From Octopus bimaculoides (taxonomy: Eukaryota), in contig NC_068998.1 in the NCBI RefSeq assembly GCF_001194135.2, positions 10,952,206 through 11,000,476 on the forward strand: a stretch of DNA of 48,271 nucleotides. Reading direction: 5' to 3'. How positions within the stretch are numbered: position 1 is the stretch's first letter; each line of letters starts with the position of its first letter. The position numbers and the translations under genes were made by a program. Below, in pieces: positions 24,160 through 35,201 of the stretch. Under the pieces are notes generated by a model, which was not told the origin of the DNA, ran no database searches, and worked only from the letters and a program-made list of their open reading frames with translations.

Positions 24160-24221
24160 GTGGTTGTGATGACGGAGGTGGTGAAGATGATGATGATGAT
24201 GGTAGTGGAGATGATGATGAC

Positions 24222-24254
<33 letters not shown>

Positions 24255-24480
24255 GGTAGTGATAATGATGAGGGTGATGATGATGATGATGATGATGATA
24301 ATGATAGTGGTAGTGATGATGGTGGTGATGGTGGTGATGATGGGTGATGATGATGGTGATGATGATGATGATAATGATAGTGGAAGTGATGATGATGATG
24401 GTGGTGGTGATGGTGGTGGTAGACCTGATGATGATGATGATGATGGTGAGGATGATGATAATGGTGGTGAAGATGGTGTT
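24160..24480. repeat. (GAT/GGT)n degenerate repeat
   Basis: Seen directly in the sequence. Confidence 0.95.
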
Positions 24481-25950
24481 GGTATGAAACTAAAACCCCT
24501 TCCCCACCACCATGAATTAGCTCGGCATTGAATTCGGCATAGAAAACCCATCCATGNNNNNNNNNNNNNNNNNNNNNNNNNNNNNNNNNNNNNNNNNNNN
24601 NNNNNNNNNNNNNNNNNNNNNNNNNNNNNNNNNNNNNNNNNNNNNNNNNNNNNNNNNNNNNNNNNNNNNNNNNNNNNNNNNNNNNNNNNNNNNNNNNNNN
24701 NNNNNNNNNNNNNNNNNNNNNNNNNNNNNNNNNNNNNNNNNNNNNNNNNNNNNNNNNNNNNNNNNNNNNNNNNNNNNNNNNNNNNNNNNNNNNNNNNNNN
24801 NNNNNNNNNNNNNNNNNNNNNNNNNNNNNNNNNNNNNNNNNNNNNNNNNNNNNNNNNNNNNNNNNNNNNNNNNNNNNNNNNNNNNNNNNNNNNNNNNNNN
24901 NNNNNNNNNNNNNNNNNNNNNNNNNNNNNNNNNNNNNNNNNNNNNNNNNNNNNNNNNNNNNNNNNNNNNNNNNNNNNNNNNNNNNNNNNNNNNNNNNNNN
25001 NNNNNNNNNNNNNNNNNNNNNTTTTTTTTTTTTTTTTTTTTTTGCCAACTCGTCACCTTTAATGCAAATAGTAATATCACTTATCTGATATTAGAAGGAT
25101 ATTAGCATGCCAATCAAGGACAAAGCATCTGCACTCTATGCAAACACCTGTGCAAATATCTAAATAGCAGAGCAGAAGATAGAAGATAGAACAATTATAA
25201 TCAAAGATCTCTGTGTGTAAAAGTGTGTATCTGTGTCTCTGTGTGTACATTTGATTGTGTACATGGTGTTTTATCTAACTGCTTTAAATTGCACCCCCCC
25301 CCCCATTTAGCAAACATTGATACACACAGCATTTATAACAAACTGTGTGACTCTGACAGCAGTTGTAACTTCTTCCATGCAGTTTTTCTGTCAGTCTTTT
25401 TCCTAATGATCTGCATGTTTAGTTTAGTATGTTAGCAACCATCTGATTAAATTCAGTTCTGCTTGTCCATCATGTCAAACGTTGACCTCGGCTTCAGTGG
25501 GTGTTGGTGGGGGGGGGGGGTTATATGTCCTACAGTAAAGATGCACACTCATTGACAGAATCTTATCAAACTTGACCCTTTAACATATTAATCTTGGCAA
25601 ATCTAGTCGCCTTACAGACAGTGCTGTGTATAGTCCATCGGGGCCATTTCCCAGCCTTGTTGACACATTCATTATCTTTGGTGGAAGGAAAACTCCATTG
25701 TAAATCACACAGGAAATTAAGTTATTCTTAGTTTGTTCATGCAATCATTTCTCTCTATGAATACTGCAACGTATCTAGCGTCCTTAGTATTATGGAGAAT
25801 AAAGGTTTATAAAGTAACATTTCAGACTCATGTGAAATATTCAACTGTATGTTGTTGTTGTTGTTGTTGGTGTTGTTTAGCTCAAGGTTAGCTTCCACTG
25901 AGTAAACCTATAATCAAAGACTTTCTAGTTGTAACCAAATTGTTTATATA

Positions 25951-25981
<31 letters not shown>

Positions 25982-26139
25982 NNNNNNNNNNNNNNNNNNN
26001 NNNNNNNNNNNNNNNNNNNNNNNNNNNNNNNCCAATTTCCAGTGCACTGTGAGCAGATTTGATATACAGAAACTGAAAGGAACCTGCCATATATATATAT
26101 ATATATATAGCACTTGTCAACATGTCAAGTCTATATATA

Positions 26140-26178
<39 letters not shown>

Positions 26179-26306
26179 GTATAGGCTTGACAAGTTGACA
26201 AGTGCCAAGCATGAAACTCTTGGGCCTTGAGACACTCTGTAACTTCTGCCAATTAAATGAAAAAGTACATACACAAACACACACATAAACATACACAAAC
26301 ACACGA

Positions 26307-26363
<57 letters not shown>

Positions 26364-26569
26364 NNNNNNNNNNNNNNNNNNNNNNNNNNNNNNNNNNNNN
26401 NNNNNNNNNNNNNNNNNNNNNNNNNNNNNNNNNNNNNNNNNNNNNNNNNNNNNNNNNNNNNNNNNNNNNNNNNNNNNNNNNNNNNNNNNNNNNNNNNNNN
26501 NNNNNNNNNNNNNNNNNNNNNNNNNNNNNNNNNNNNNNNNNNNNNNNNNNNNNNNNNNNNNNNNNNNNN

Positions 26570-26608
<39 letters not shown>

Positions 26609-27192
26609 TATAATATAATATAGGATAAAATCTTTATCTCTAAGCGTGAGGCATTACTATATAGTTACTATATAGTTATTGCCCTTATATAAATTATATA
26701 TATTAGATAGATAGATAAAGACAGATAGAGACAGACAGATGGACAGACAGACGGACAGACAAATAGATAGATAGATATGTATATATATGTGTATGCATTA
26801 GTGTGTTCATGGGTGTTTATGTGTTGGTGTCTCTGTGTCTTGACATTGTGCAATAGTTGTAAACCATCATTACCAACATACAAGAGATATTCTTTGTTTT
26901 GAATCCTCCATGGATACATGTCTGGTCATGCGGAAATATTACCTCTTACTTGGAAATAGGTGAGGACTGGTGACAAGAAGAGCACTGTACCGTAGAAAAT
27001 CTGCCTCAACAAATTCCGTCTGACCCAGGCAAACATGCAAAAAGTGGACGTTAAAATACTGATGATGATGATGACGACAAATATATCTTAGATCACATCA
27101 TCCACATTATCTTTCTCTATTTCATACAGTAAGGAATGATTTGATAGAAATTTGATGGTCATTTTTTAAAAAAAATCAGTGTCCATCTTGAG

Positions 27193-28011
27193 CAGAGGTT
27201 CTCAACCATTTTTTTTCTATGGACCCCTTTGATTAACTATTCTATTCTGGCTGACCCCTATATTGATACTTCTTTCAAAATTCATATTTTGTTTTGCCCA
27301 CATTCACTTGTGTAGGTTGAACTAGGCAATACATTTGAAAAAGAAACCTAGCTGTTTCTTGCAACAAATTACATCTAAAACAAAATTTTTTTCAGGAACC
27401 CTTAAAATGCCACCACAATTCCCCAATCTAGTATTTTACTTGCATGGAACCCTCTGATTACTATTTAATTTTTGTGGACCCCTATTGCCATTCAATGTTT
27501 AAAACCTAGTTTTATAGTTGCTTCTTTCGAAATTCCTGTTTTGTTTTTCACACATTAACTTGTGTAGGTTTGAACTATGTAAAACATTACAAAAAGAAAC
27601 CTAGCTGTTTCTTGCAATACATACATTCAAAGTAACATTTTTTCATGGACCCTTAAAATACTGCAGTAGATTCCCAATTTACTATTTTACTTGGATGAAC
27701 CCCTTTGATTACTATTTTATTCTGGTTGACCCCCATAGCCATTCCTTGTTTAAAAACTAGTTTTATGGATACTTTTTCAAAATTCCATTTTGTTTTACAC
27801 ACATTAACTTGTGTAGGTTGAACTATGGAAAACATTAGACAAAGAAACCTAGCTATTTCTTACAATAAATATAATATAGCTAAAACAAAAGCTTTTCATG
27901 GACCCCTAAAGTACTATAGTGGCTCTCCAATTAAGTATTTTGCTTGTGTGGAGCCACCAAAATTTTATTTGGATTCCCAGGGGTCATATGGACCCCAACT
28001 GAGAACAACTG
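27193..28011. mobile_element. hAT/Charlie-like MITE with an internal ~250-bp unit in three tandem copies
   Basis: Ends CAGAGGTTCTCAA / ACTGAGAACAACTG resemble Charlie CAGTGGTTCTCAA. The motif cttgtgtaggtt recurs at 27307, 27559 and 27808. The 8-bp flanks ATCTTGAG/AGGTAGAG match only 5 of 8. Confidence 0.7.
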
Positions 28012-30039
28012 AGGTAGAGCCACTCTGACTGATTCATAACAAAGTGTATGTTAATTAGTAGAGAGTTAACAAATTATATATCTCAGTAAAAATAATAGAA
28101 TAAGTATGGGTGACATACAAACAGTGTTGGTGAAATGGAAATGAAAAGTTAGTTCAAATAAAAGTGTAGTAATTATGCTTTCCAATCTGTAGTTACAAAA
28201 ATTTAGTGTGTGATGTGATGAAACTAATTAATCCCTTATTGTTTTACATTTACAGGCTTTAAAATAATCCCTTTAGCAATTAAACCACCCATATTCGGCC
28301 AAAATATCCTACCTGTTTTAAATTTCAACTAGCCATATTCAGATTCTCTCATTTCTTTACAATGTCATTTAAAAACTAAACTATCACATTATAGAAATCT
28401 CCTAGCTTTGAGATAATGCCTGACGAATTCAAAACAATGTAAATGAACGAGCAGACCATTTAACAGAGTAATCTGATTGCTAAAGAATTGAACATCAATT
28501 ATATATTTTGATTGCATGTTTATTCTCACTTGTGAACCTAAATGAGTTATATATAATGAATATATTAAAGACCAAAATTTGTTGTGAACCCTAGGACATA
28601 CATGGCCAGAGTTTAGCCCTATTTCCATTGTGTATAAATGACTGAGATTACACCACTCTGCTCCTGAATGGGGCACTAGTCCATTGCAAGGTTAACTTCC
28701 CACCTGTTACTGGAACTCACAGCTGAGTGATCTGGAGCAACATGAAATGAAGTGTTTTCTTCAAGAACGCAATGCACCACCTAGTTCAGGTATTGAAACT
28801 GCAACCTTACAATCATGAGTGCAACACCCTGACCACAAGGCCACGTGCCTTTACTTAATGGCTATAAAATATTTAAATAAAATTAAAAAAAGCCTCATTA
28901 TAGTATGTTGGTATGTTGCTTTTGTTTTTAGCAAAATAAAAATATGTCAACGTCCTTAAGAGAGTAAGAAGTACTGGGATAATAGCTAGAGACTATTGTA
29001 TGAGGTATTTTACCTCTACAAGGGACAATTTTACTAAGCATATGTAGGATCTCCGACATAATTTCTTGACCTGCTAGAAATAAGCTGTATCTCCTTCAAT
29101 TCATAAACTCTACTGCGTCAACGCATTCATCACAATACTTCTGTTGAGATACACTGCCTTTTTTTTAAAACTAATTTTAACAATAATGAAGAATTTATTG
29201 AAATAACTTTGTCATTATAAAAGTGGTATTCAGAGCATAAATTAATATAGAATTTTGATGGAAGATTTTAATTTAGATCACTTTAAAACAGGAAGCTTGT
29301 ATCAAGATGTGAAGACAAATACACAAATACATATATACATACATGTAACACACACCACACACACACATACATTAAAGAATGTAAATATTGTGTTGAAAAG
29401 CCTTTTTGGATAGTAAAATTCGAAGGCTTCCCAGTATTTACATGTGATTATTTTATAGCTTTATGTGCTTCAAGCTTTAATTTTCACAAAAGAATTATTT
29501 CATGTTCTCTCAAAAATTTATAAAATTCTTATAACATTCAACAATATATNNNNNNNNNNNNNNNNNNNNNNNNNNNNNNNNNNNNNNNNNNNNNNNNNNN
29601 NNNNNNNNNNNNNNNNNNNNNNNNNNNNNNNNNNNNNNNNNNNNNNNNNNNNNNNNNNNNNNNNNNNNNNNNNNNNNNNNNNNNNNNNNNNNNNNNNNNN
29701 NNNNNNNNNNNNNNNNNNNNNNNNNNNNNNNNNNNNNNNNNNNNNNNNNNNNNNNNNNNNNNNNNNNNNNNNNNNNNNNNNNNNNNNNNNNNNNNNNNNN
29801 NNNNNNNNNNNNNNNNNNNNNNNNNNNNNNNNNNNNNNNNNNNNNNNNNNNNNNNNNNNNNNNNNNNNNNNNNNNNNNNNNNNNNNNNNNNNNNNNNNNN
29901 NNNNNNNNNNNNNNNNNNNNNNNNNNNNNNNNNNNNNNNNNNNNNNNNNNNNNNNNNNNNNNNNNNNNNNNNNNNNNNNNNNNNNNNNNNNNNNNNNNNN
30001 NNNNNNNNNNNNNNNNNNNNNNNTATATATATATATATG

Positions 30040-30175
30040 GAGAATTCACAAAAAAAAACAAAAACAGAAGACGAAGACAGGTGGTGTAGACAACAAACAG
30101 ATGTATTAGTTTAACGCACGGGAAGTGAAAAAGTCTTTAATGTTTTGAGCCTATGCTCTTCCACAGAAAAGATAT
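30040..30175 (-). mobile_element. Penelope-like terminal fragment with decayed hammerhead-like motif
   Basis: Minus strand TCTTTT-CTGTGGA-A-GAGC-ATAG-GCTC-AAAACATTA-AAGA. Confidence 0.45.
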
Positions 30176-30584
30176 ATGATACATTCTGGATGAAAATGTG
30201 ATGTGACTTTAAAATGAAAGGGTGGAGGTGGAGGAAAAAAGATTGAGGAAAATCTAGCAAGAAGTAGTGAGGAAAAAATCTGGGAATACTTGTGTTTTTG
30301 AAGAAGGGGTTTTAGAATCAAAATAATTGGGGGGACTTACTGTATTGAAAACAATCTTTCCACCATACGTGAGTTCAGATTAAGAAACATTAAAAACGAT
30401 CTGTTGTTGTTGTTGATGATGATGATGATGATGATGATGATGCTGATGAGTGTGATGGTGGTAGTAGTAATGGTGGTGGCAATGGTGATGATGATTAATG
30501 TGGTGGTACTAGTAGTAGTGATGGTGGTGCTAGTAGTGGCAATCTCTATTTAGCTTTTCAGATCATATAAGCACATAAAAACAC

Positions 30585-30745
30585 TCAGTACACTTTGTAG
30601 AGTGGCTGGCATTAGAAAGGGTATCCAGCCATAGAAACCATGCCGAAACAGACATGGAGCCCAGGTATCTCCCCATCTGGCTAGCTCCTGTCAAACCGTC
30701 CAACCCATGCCAGCATGGAAAATGGACATTAAATAATGATGATGA
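30585..30745 (+). mobile_element. SINE family B variant
   Basis: gtacactttgtagagtggctggcattagaaagggtatccagcc..ccaacccatgccagcatggaaaatggacattaaataatgatgatgat. Confidence 0.8.
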
Positions 30746-31433
30746 TTGTCTTGAGATTTCAAAGATGTGATTGTCTATTTTTAGGCTGACATTCTAGGGT
30801 AGATGTGAGAGGCTGGATCTGGCCAATTTAAACACAAAACAAATAGAATATTTTGGCCAGATACAAAACAAGCTAACTATTATAATGCATTTACTTCTAT
30901 GATATAATTTCTTTGCCATTTGCACTATTTGTCACTTTTGTTAACACATTCACTGTGGTTATTTCTGAATAATAGGGTTGTCTAGGTGATAGGTTTCCAA
31001 TAGTCTTATCACTGACTGGCGTAGCATATCTGACAAGCCAAAGAGAATGACTACGGGGAGTGTCTGTAACTCGATATGCAACAAATGTCTCAAAGGAATT
31101 CCTTTGCAAAGTATGTTTTGGTTTTTCTTGCCTGTGTTTATAACCTTTGGCAGTTACATGTTGGTGAAAGATACACACACACACACGTTGTTATTTCATA
31201 TGTACATATGCATATGTATGTGTACTCATATGAGATATAAATATTACTGTCCTGAAAGGGTAGAAAATAAAGTATTTCTAATGCTATGTATGTATGTATG
31301 TATGAATATATATATATATATATATATACAAGAATAAGGGCAGGGAATCGTCAATTAGTAATAGAATTAATAATTAACAATTTTGCCAAGTAGTTCAGTA
31401 TGAAAAAAACCTTTATCGGTAAAATCATTTATC

Positions 31434-31807
31434 ATCGTAAATATACAGGGATTAGCATTGAGTTGCTTCTCCAACGTACTGAAAATTTAGAAATAGCAGT
31501 CAAAAAACTACTGATTCTAAACTACAAATTTTTCTCTAAATGGATGGCGGTATTTATGGCGCACGTAGAACAAAAAACCAGAGTGAAAAGCAAAAACAAA
31601 CCTGCCTTTAGTTAATTGGATACGAACGTTTCGCGGTTAAGATATTAATCTATTCCGTTTCATCAGCCCAATATTCTGATGTGCGCCATAAATATCGCCA
31701 TCCATTTAGAGAAAAATTTGTAGTTTAGAATCAGTAGTTTTTTGACTGCTATTTCTAAATTTTCAGTATGTTGGAGAAGCAACTCAATGCTAATCCCTGT
31801 ATATTTA

Positions 31808-31811
<4 letters not shown>
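31434..31811. mobile_element. 131-bp inverted repeat (Penelope-like inverted terminal structure)
   Basis: 31434-31564 is the reverse complement of 31681-31811 with only 2 mismatches; spacer 116 bp. Confidence 0.9.
31615..31672 (-). ncRNA. Type I minimal hammerhead ribozyme motif
   Basis: Minus strand AUUGGG-CUGAUGA-AACGG..AGAU(UAAU)AUCU..CCGC-GAAAC-GUUC-GUA^UCCAAU. Conserved core, 6-bp stem I, GUA cleavage triplet. Confidence 0.7.
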
Positions 31812-31848
<37 letters not shown>

Positions 31849-31852
<4 letters not shown>

Positions 31853-32035
31853 GTGGTGCTGAAAAGTTCCTGGCTTTAAGGGTATCATGAAAGGCCTGGT
31901 TGGAGGCACAACTTTCTGAGTTCTTTTACAGGGTGTAGAAAAACTGAAGGACCGCTGCACTGAATATTTGAATCTGAGAAAGGAATATGTTGAATAAATT
32001 TTATGTGAAGCCAGAAACTGTTCAATACCCTCTCA
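31849..32035 (+). mobile_element. Internally deleted mariner-like element (MITE)
   Basis: 27-bp TIRs (20 of 27 match) flanked by TA. Contains the transposase C-terminus AWLEAQLSEFF/QGVEKLKDRCTEYLNLRKEYVE*, resembling mariner ..EFF..G..KL..R..KC....G.YVE*. Confidence 0.8.
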
Positions 32036-32088
32036 TAGATAGATATATACATATATACATGTATGTATGCATACATACATACATACAT

Positions 32089-32232
32089 ATCATCATCATC
32101 ATCATCATCGTTTAACGTACGCTTTCCATGCTAGCATGGGTTGGACGATTTGACTGAAGACTGGTGAAACCAGATGGCTACACCAGGCTCCAATCTGATT
32201 TGGCAGAGTTTCTACAGCTGGATGCCCTTCCT
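32089..32232 (-). mobile_element. SINE family B, truncated
   Basis: Reverse complement of 1-193. Confidence 0.88.
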
Positions 32233-32250
32233 ATATATATATAATTATGA

Positions 32251-32913
32251 TAATAATATTAGGGATGAAAATCCAAATTTACAGGTAAAAACTCAATTTA
32301 AATTAATTTATCAAAATTAAAACTAAATTAAGTTTCACAATATATAATATATAAATATATAATTTAGAGAAAAGAACCACAATTCTTGAACTCATTCATG
32401 AAAATCCACAGTCACATATAGATAAATTTAATAAGTAAATACACTAAAAAGATATATAATAAAAATACAAAGTAATAAATATTAAAATAATAATGATAAT
32501 AAAATAATAATAAAGTAATATAATAATAATAAAATAATTATAATTATTCTATTATTTTATTATTTTAATACTTANNNNNNNNNNNNNNNNNNNNNNNNNN
32601 NNNNNNNNNNNNNNNNNNNNNNNNNNNNNNNNNNNNNNNNNNNNNNNNNNNNNNNNNNNNNNNNNNNNNNNNNNNNNNNNNNNNNNNNNNNNNNNNNNNN
32701 NNNNNNNNNNNNNNNNNNNNNNNNNNNNNNNNNNNNNNNNNNNNNNNNNNNNNNNNNNNNNNNNNNNNNNNNNNNNNNNNNNNNNNNNNNNNNNNNNNNN
32801 NNNNNNNNNNNNNNNNNNNNNNNNNNNNNNNNNNNNNNNNNNNNNNNNATATACATACATACATATATACACACACATACATATATATATAATATACATA
32901 TAAATATATATAC

Positions 32914-32971
<58 letters not shown>

Positions 32972-33355
32972 TTAATAATATTATGGAAAAAATTCCAAAT
33001 TTACAGGCAAAAATTCAATTTAATTTATCAAAATTAAATTAAATTTCACAATATATAATATATAAATATATAATTTAGAGAAAAAACCACAATTATTTAA
33101 TTCCTCCATGAAAATCCACAATTACATATAGAAAAATTTAATAAGTAGATACACTAAAAAGACCTATAATAAAAATCAAAAAAGTACAAAGTAATAAATA
33201 TTAAATAGTAAATAGTAAAATATTTATTACTTTGTACTTTTTTTATTTTTATTATCGGTCTTTTTAGTGCATTTACTTATTAAATTTTTCTATATGTAAT
33301 TGCGGATTTTCATGGATGAATTAAATAATTGTGTTTTTTTTTCTCTAAATTATAT
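32251..33355. repeat. AT-rich ~240-bp unit present twice in direct orientation (about 32251-32490 and 32974-33205); the second copy forms a fold-back (33068-33355)
   Basis: Shared ccaaatttacagg.aaaa.tcaattt..atgaaaatccaca..cactaaaaaga..tacaaagtaataaatatt. Inverted arm at 33219-33355. Confidence 0.85.
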
Positions 33356-33516
33356 CATCATCATCATCATCATCGTTTAACGTCCGCTTTCCATGCTAGC
33401 ATGGGTTGGACGATTTGACTGAGGACTGGTGAAACCAGATGGCTACACCAGGCTCCAATCTGATTTGGCAGAGTTTCTACAGCTGGATGCCCTTCCTAAC
33501 ACCAACCACTCAGAGA
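33354..33516 (-). mobile_element. SINE family B
   Basis: Reverse complement of 1-193. Confidence 0.88.
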
Positions 33517-34936
33517 TATCTATATATGCATGCTTTTTTTAATGTTGCTTGAGCAAGACACTCTACTTCACACTGCTCCAGTTCACTCAACTGGGCAAAG
33601 ATGAGTTGTCCCTATATTTCAAAGGGCCAGCCTTGTCACACTCTGTGTCACGCTGAATAACCCCCAAGAACTACATTAAGGGAACACACATCCGTGGAGC
33701 ACTCAACCATTTGCATGTTAATTTCATGAGCAGGCTCTTCCAGTGATTTGATCACCTGGAACCCTCACTTTTGTAATCGACAGAGTACCAGCTGCAATAT
33801 TAGGCTTTATGGTTTGGCTACAAGACCATTTTTAGCAGCCTGGAATATTAAATATACAGTAGAACAAGACAGTTCATCGTTATGTAATAATTGTTAAATA
33901 ATTTGTATATCATAAAGTCATAGAAGTATGCAGCATAAAAGTCAATTTTTGATTTCCTTATTTTCTGGCGATCGTGGTGGCCATGGTGATCTAGTGAAGG
34001 TGTTGGTGACCATGGTGATACTGCAGCTCCGTGTGTGTGTGTGTGTGTGTGTGAGAATATCTGTATATGTTTATGCTTGTGTGTTTGTTCATGTTCACGG
34101 CTGTATGTGTGCATGTGTATGTGTGTGTGTACACACGTGTTTGTAAGTCCCTGTGTATGTATGTGTGAGTACGTGTCAGCATGATTACAAGTGTTTGTGC
34201 GAGAGTGGTTGGGGATATGGTCGTAAGAATGCATGTGTGCACATAAGAAGGTGCATGCAATTTCTCAATCTTCATTTCTTTTTAGTGAGAGAATGGCTTT
34301 CTGAATTTATCATCACACCAATAATCTATTTAGCATAGAAAAAAGTTCCCCCCCCCCACTGTCTTTTTATTCCAATTAGTGATAATTTGCAAAAAAAAAA
34401 AAAAAAAAAAAAAAAAAAGAAAAAAAAATAAGTGTGAGAGTATATTCCATATAATAATAACAAAAGAAAATATATGCGACTGAGCTGATGACTAATCAGA
34501 GAAAACCAAGATGGAATCGAGTTAAGAATTCTTCCAATGATGGGAAGCCGTTAACTAGTGCCTTCTTAATGACAGCACAAGTTAACGATTGATATAACAA
34601 TATAAGAATATTTATTGCATATATTACAACATAAATAAGAGTAATTGTGGTAATACATGCATTGGATGGCAAAAGTTAGTCGATATGAATCAGTTTCTTG
34701 TGAGAATTCTATGAAACTTGGAGCACTGTGCAACATTAGCAGTTCTTGTGAAACGAGTGTTAAAAACATAATGTAATGAGCAAAGATGTTTTTGATTAAT
34801 TAGTTAATTAGAATTACACCCATTAGTCAGAAGAACCAAACCTGATCTTAACCCTTAGCCTGTTCGAAGCATGTTTGTCCTAAATGTCCATGCTTGTTTC
34901 CAAAGTTTAAGTTAAACCTTGTGTTCATACCACAAG

Positions 34937-35201
34937 CACTGGCTCGGGAACGAAATTTGATTAGGGGGTGCAAACCCAGGTCCAAAAATTTTTAACAAAC
35001 GAGGTCTTATTGCTTTTATTTATTTATTTATTTATTTATTTTTTTTTGAGAAGAAATCTAACTTTGAGCTACGTTCTACAGATCACTAGCTATTCACTGT
35101 TTTCTAAACCTGGAAAAAGTAAGTAGGGGTGCAAATTTTGATCTTGCACGTCACAAAAATTTTATAGGGTGCACTCACACCCCCTTGTTCCCGGGCCCAT
35201 G
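34937..35201. mobile_element. hAT-like MITE with 8-bp target-site duplication
   Basis: TIRs CACTGGCTCGGGAAC / GTTCCCGGGCCCATG (12 of 15). Flanks ACCACAAG (34929-34936) and ACCATAAG (35202-35209). Confidence 0.8.

Noticed and set aside
9264-24551. Poly-His/Met/Asp/Ser ORFs
   Set aside because: Products of (CAT/GAT)n repeats, which are open in several frames on both strands.
34483-34525. CTGATGA..GAAA hammerhead-like words
   Set aside because: Stem I cannot form and stem II is only 2 bp.
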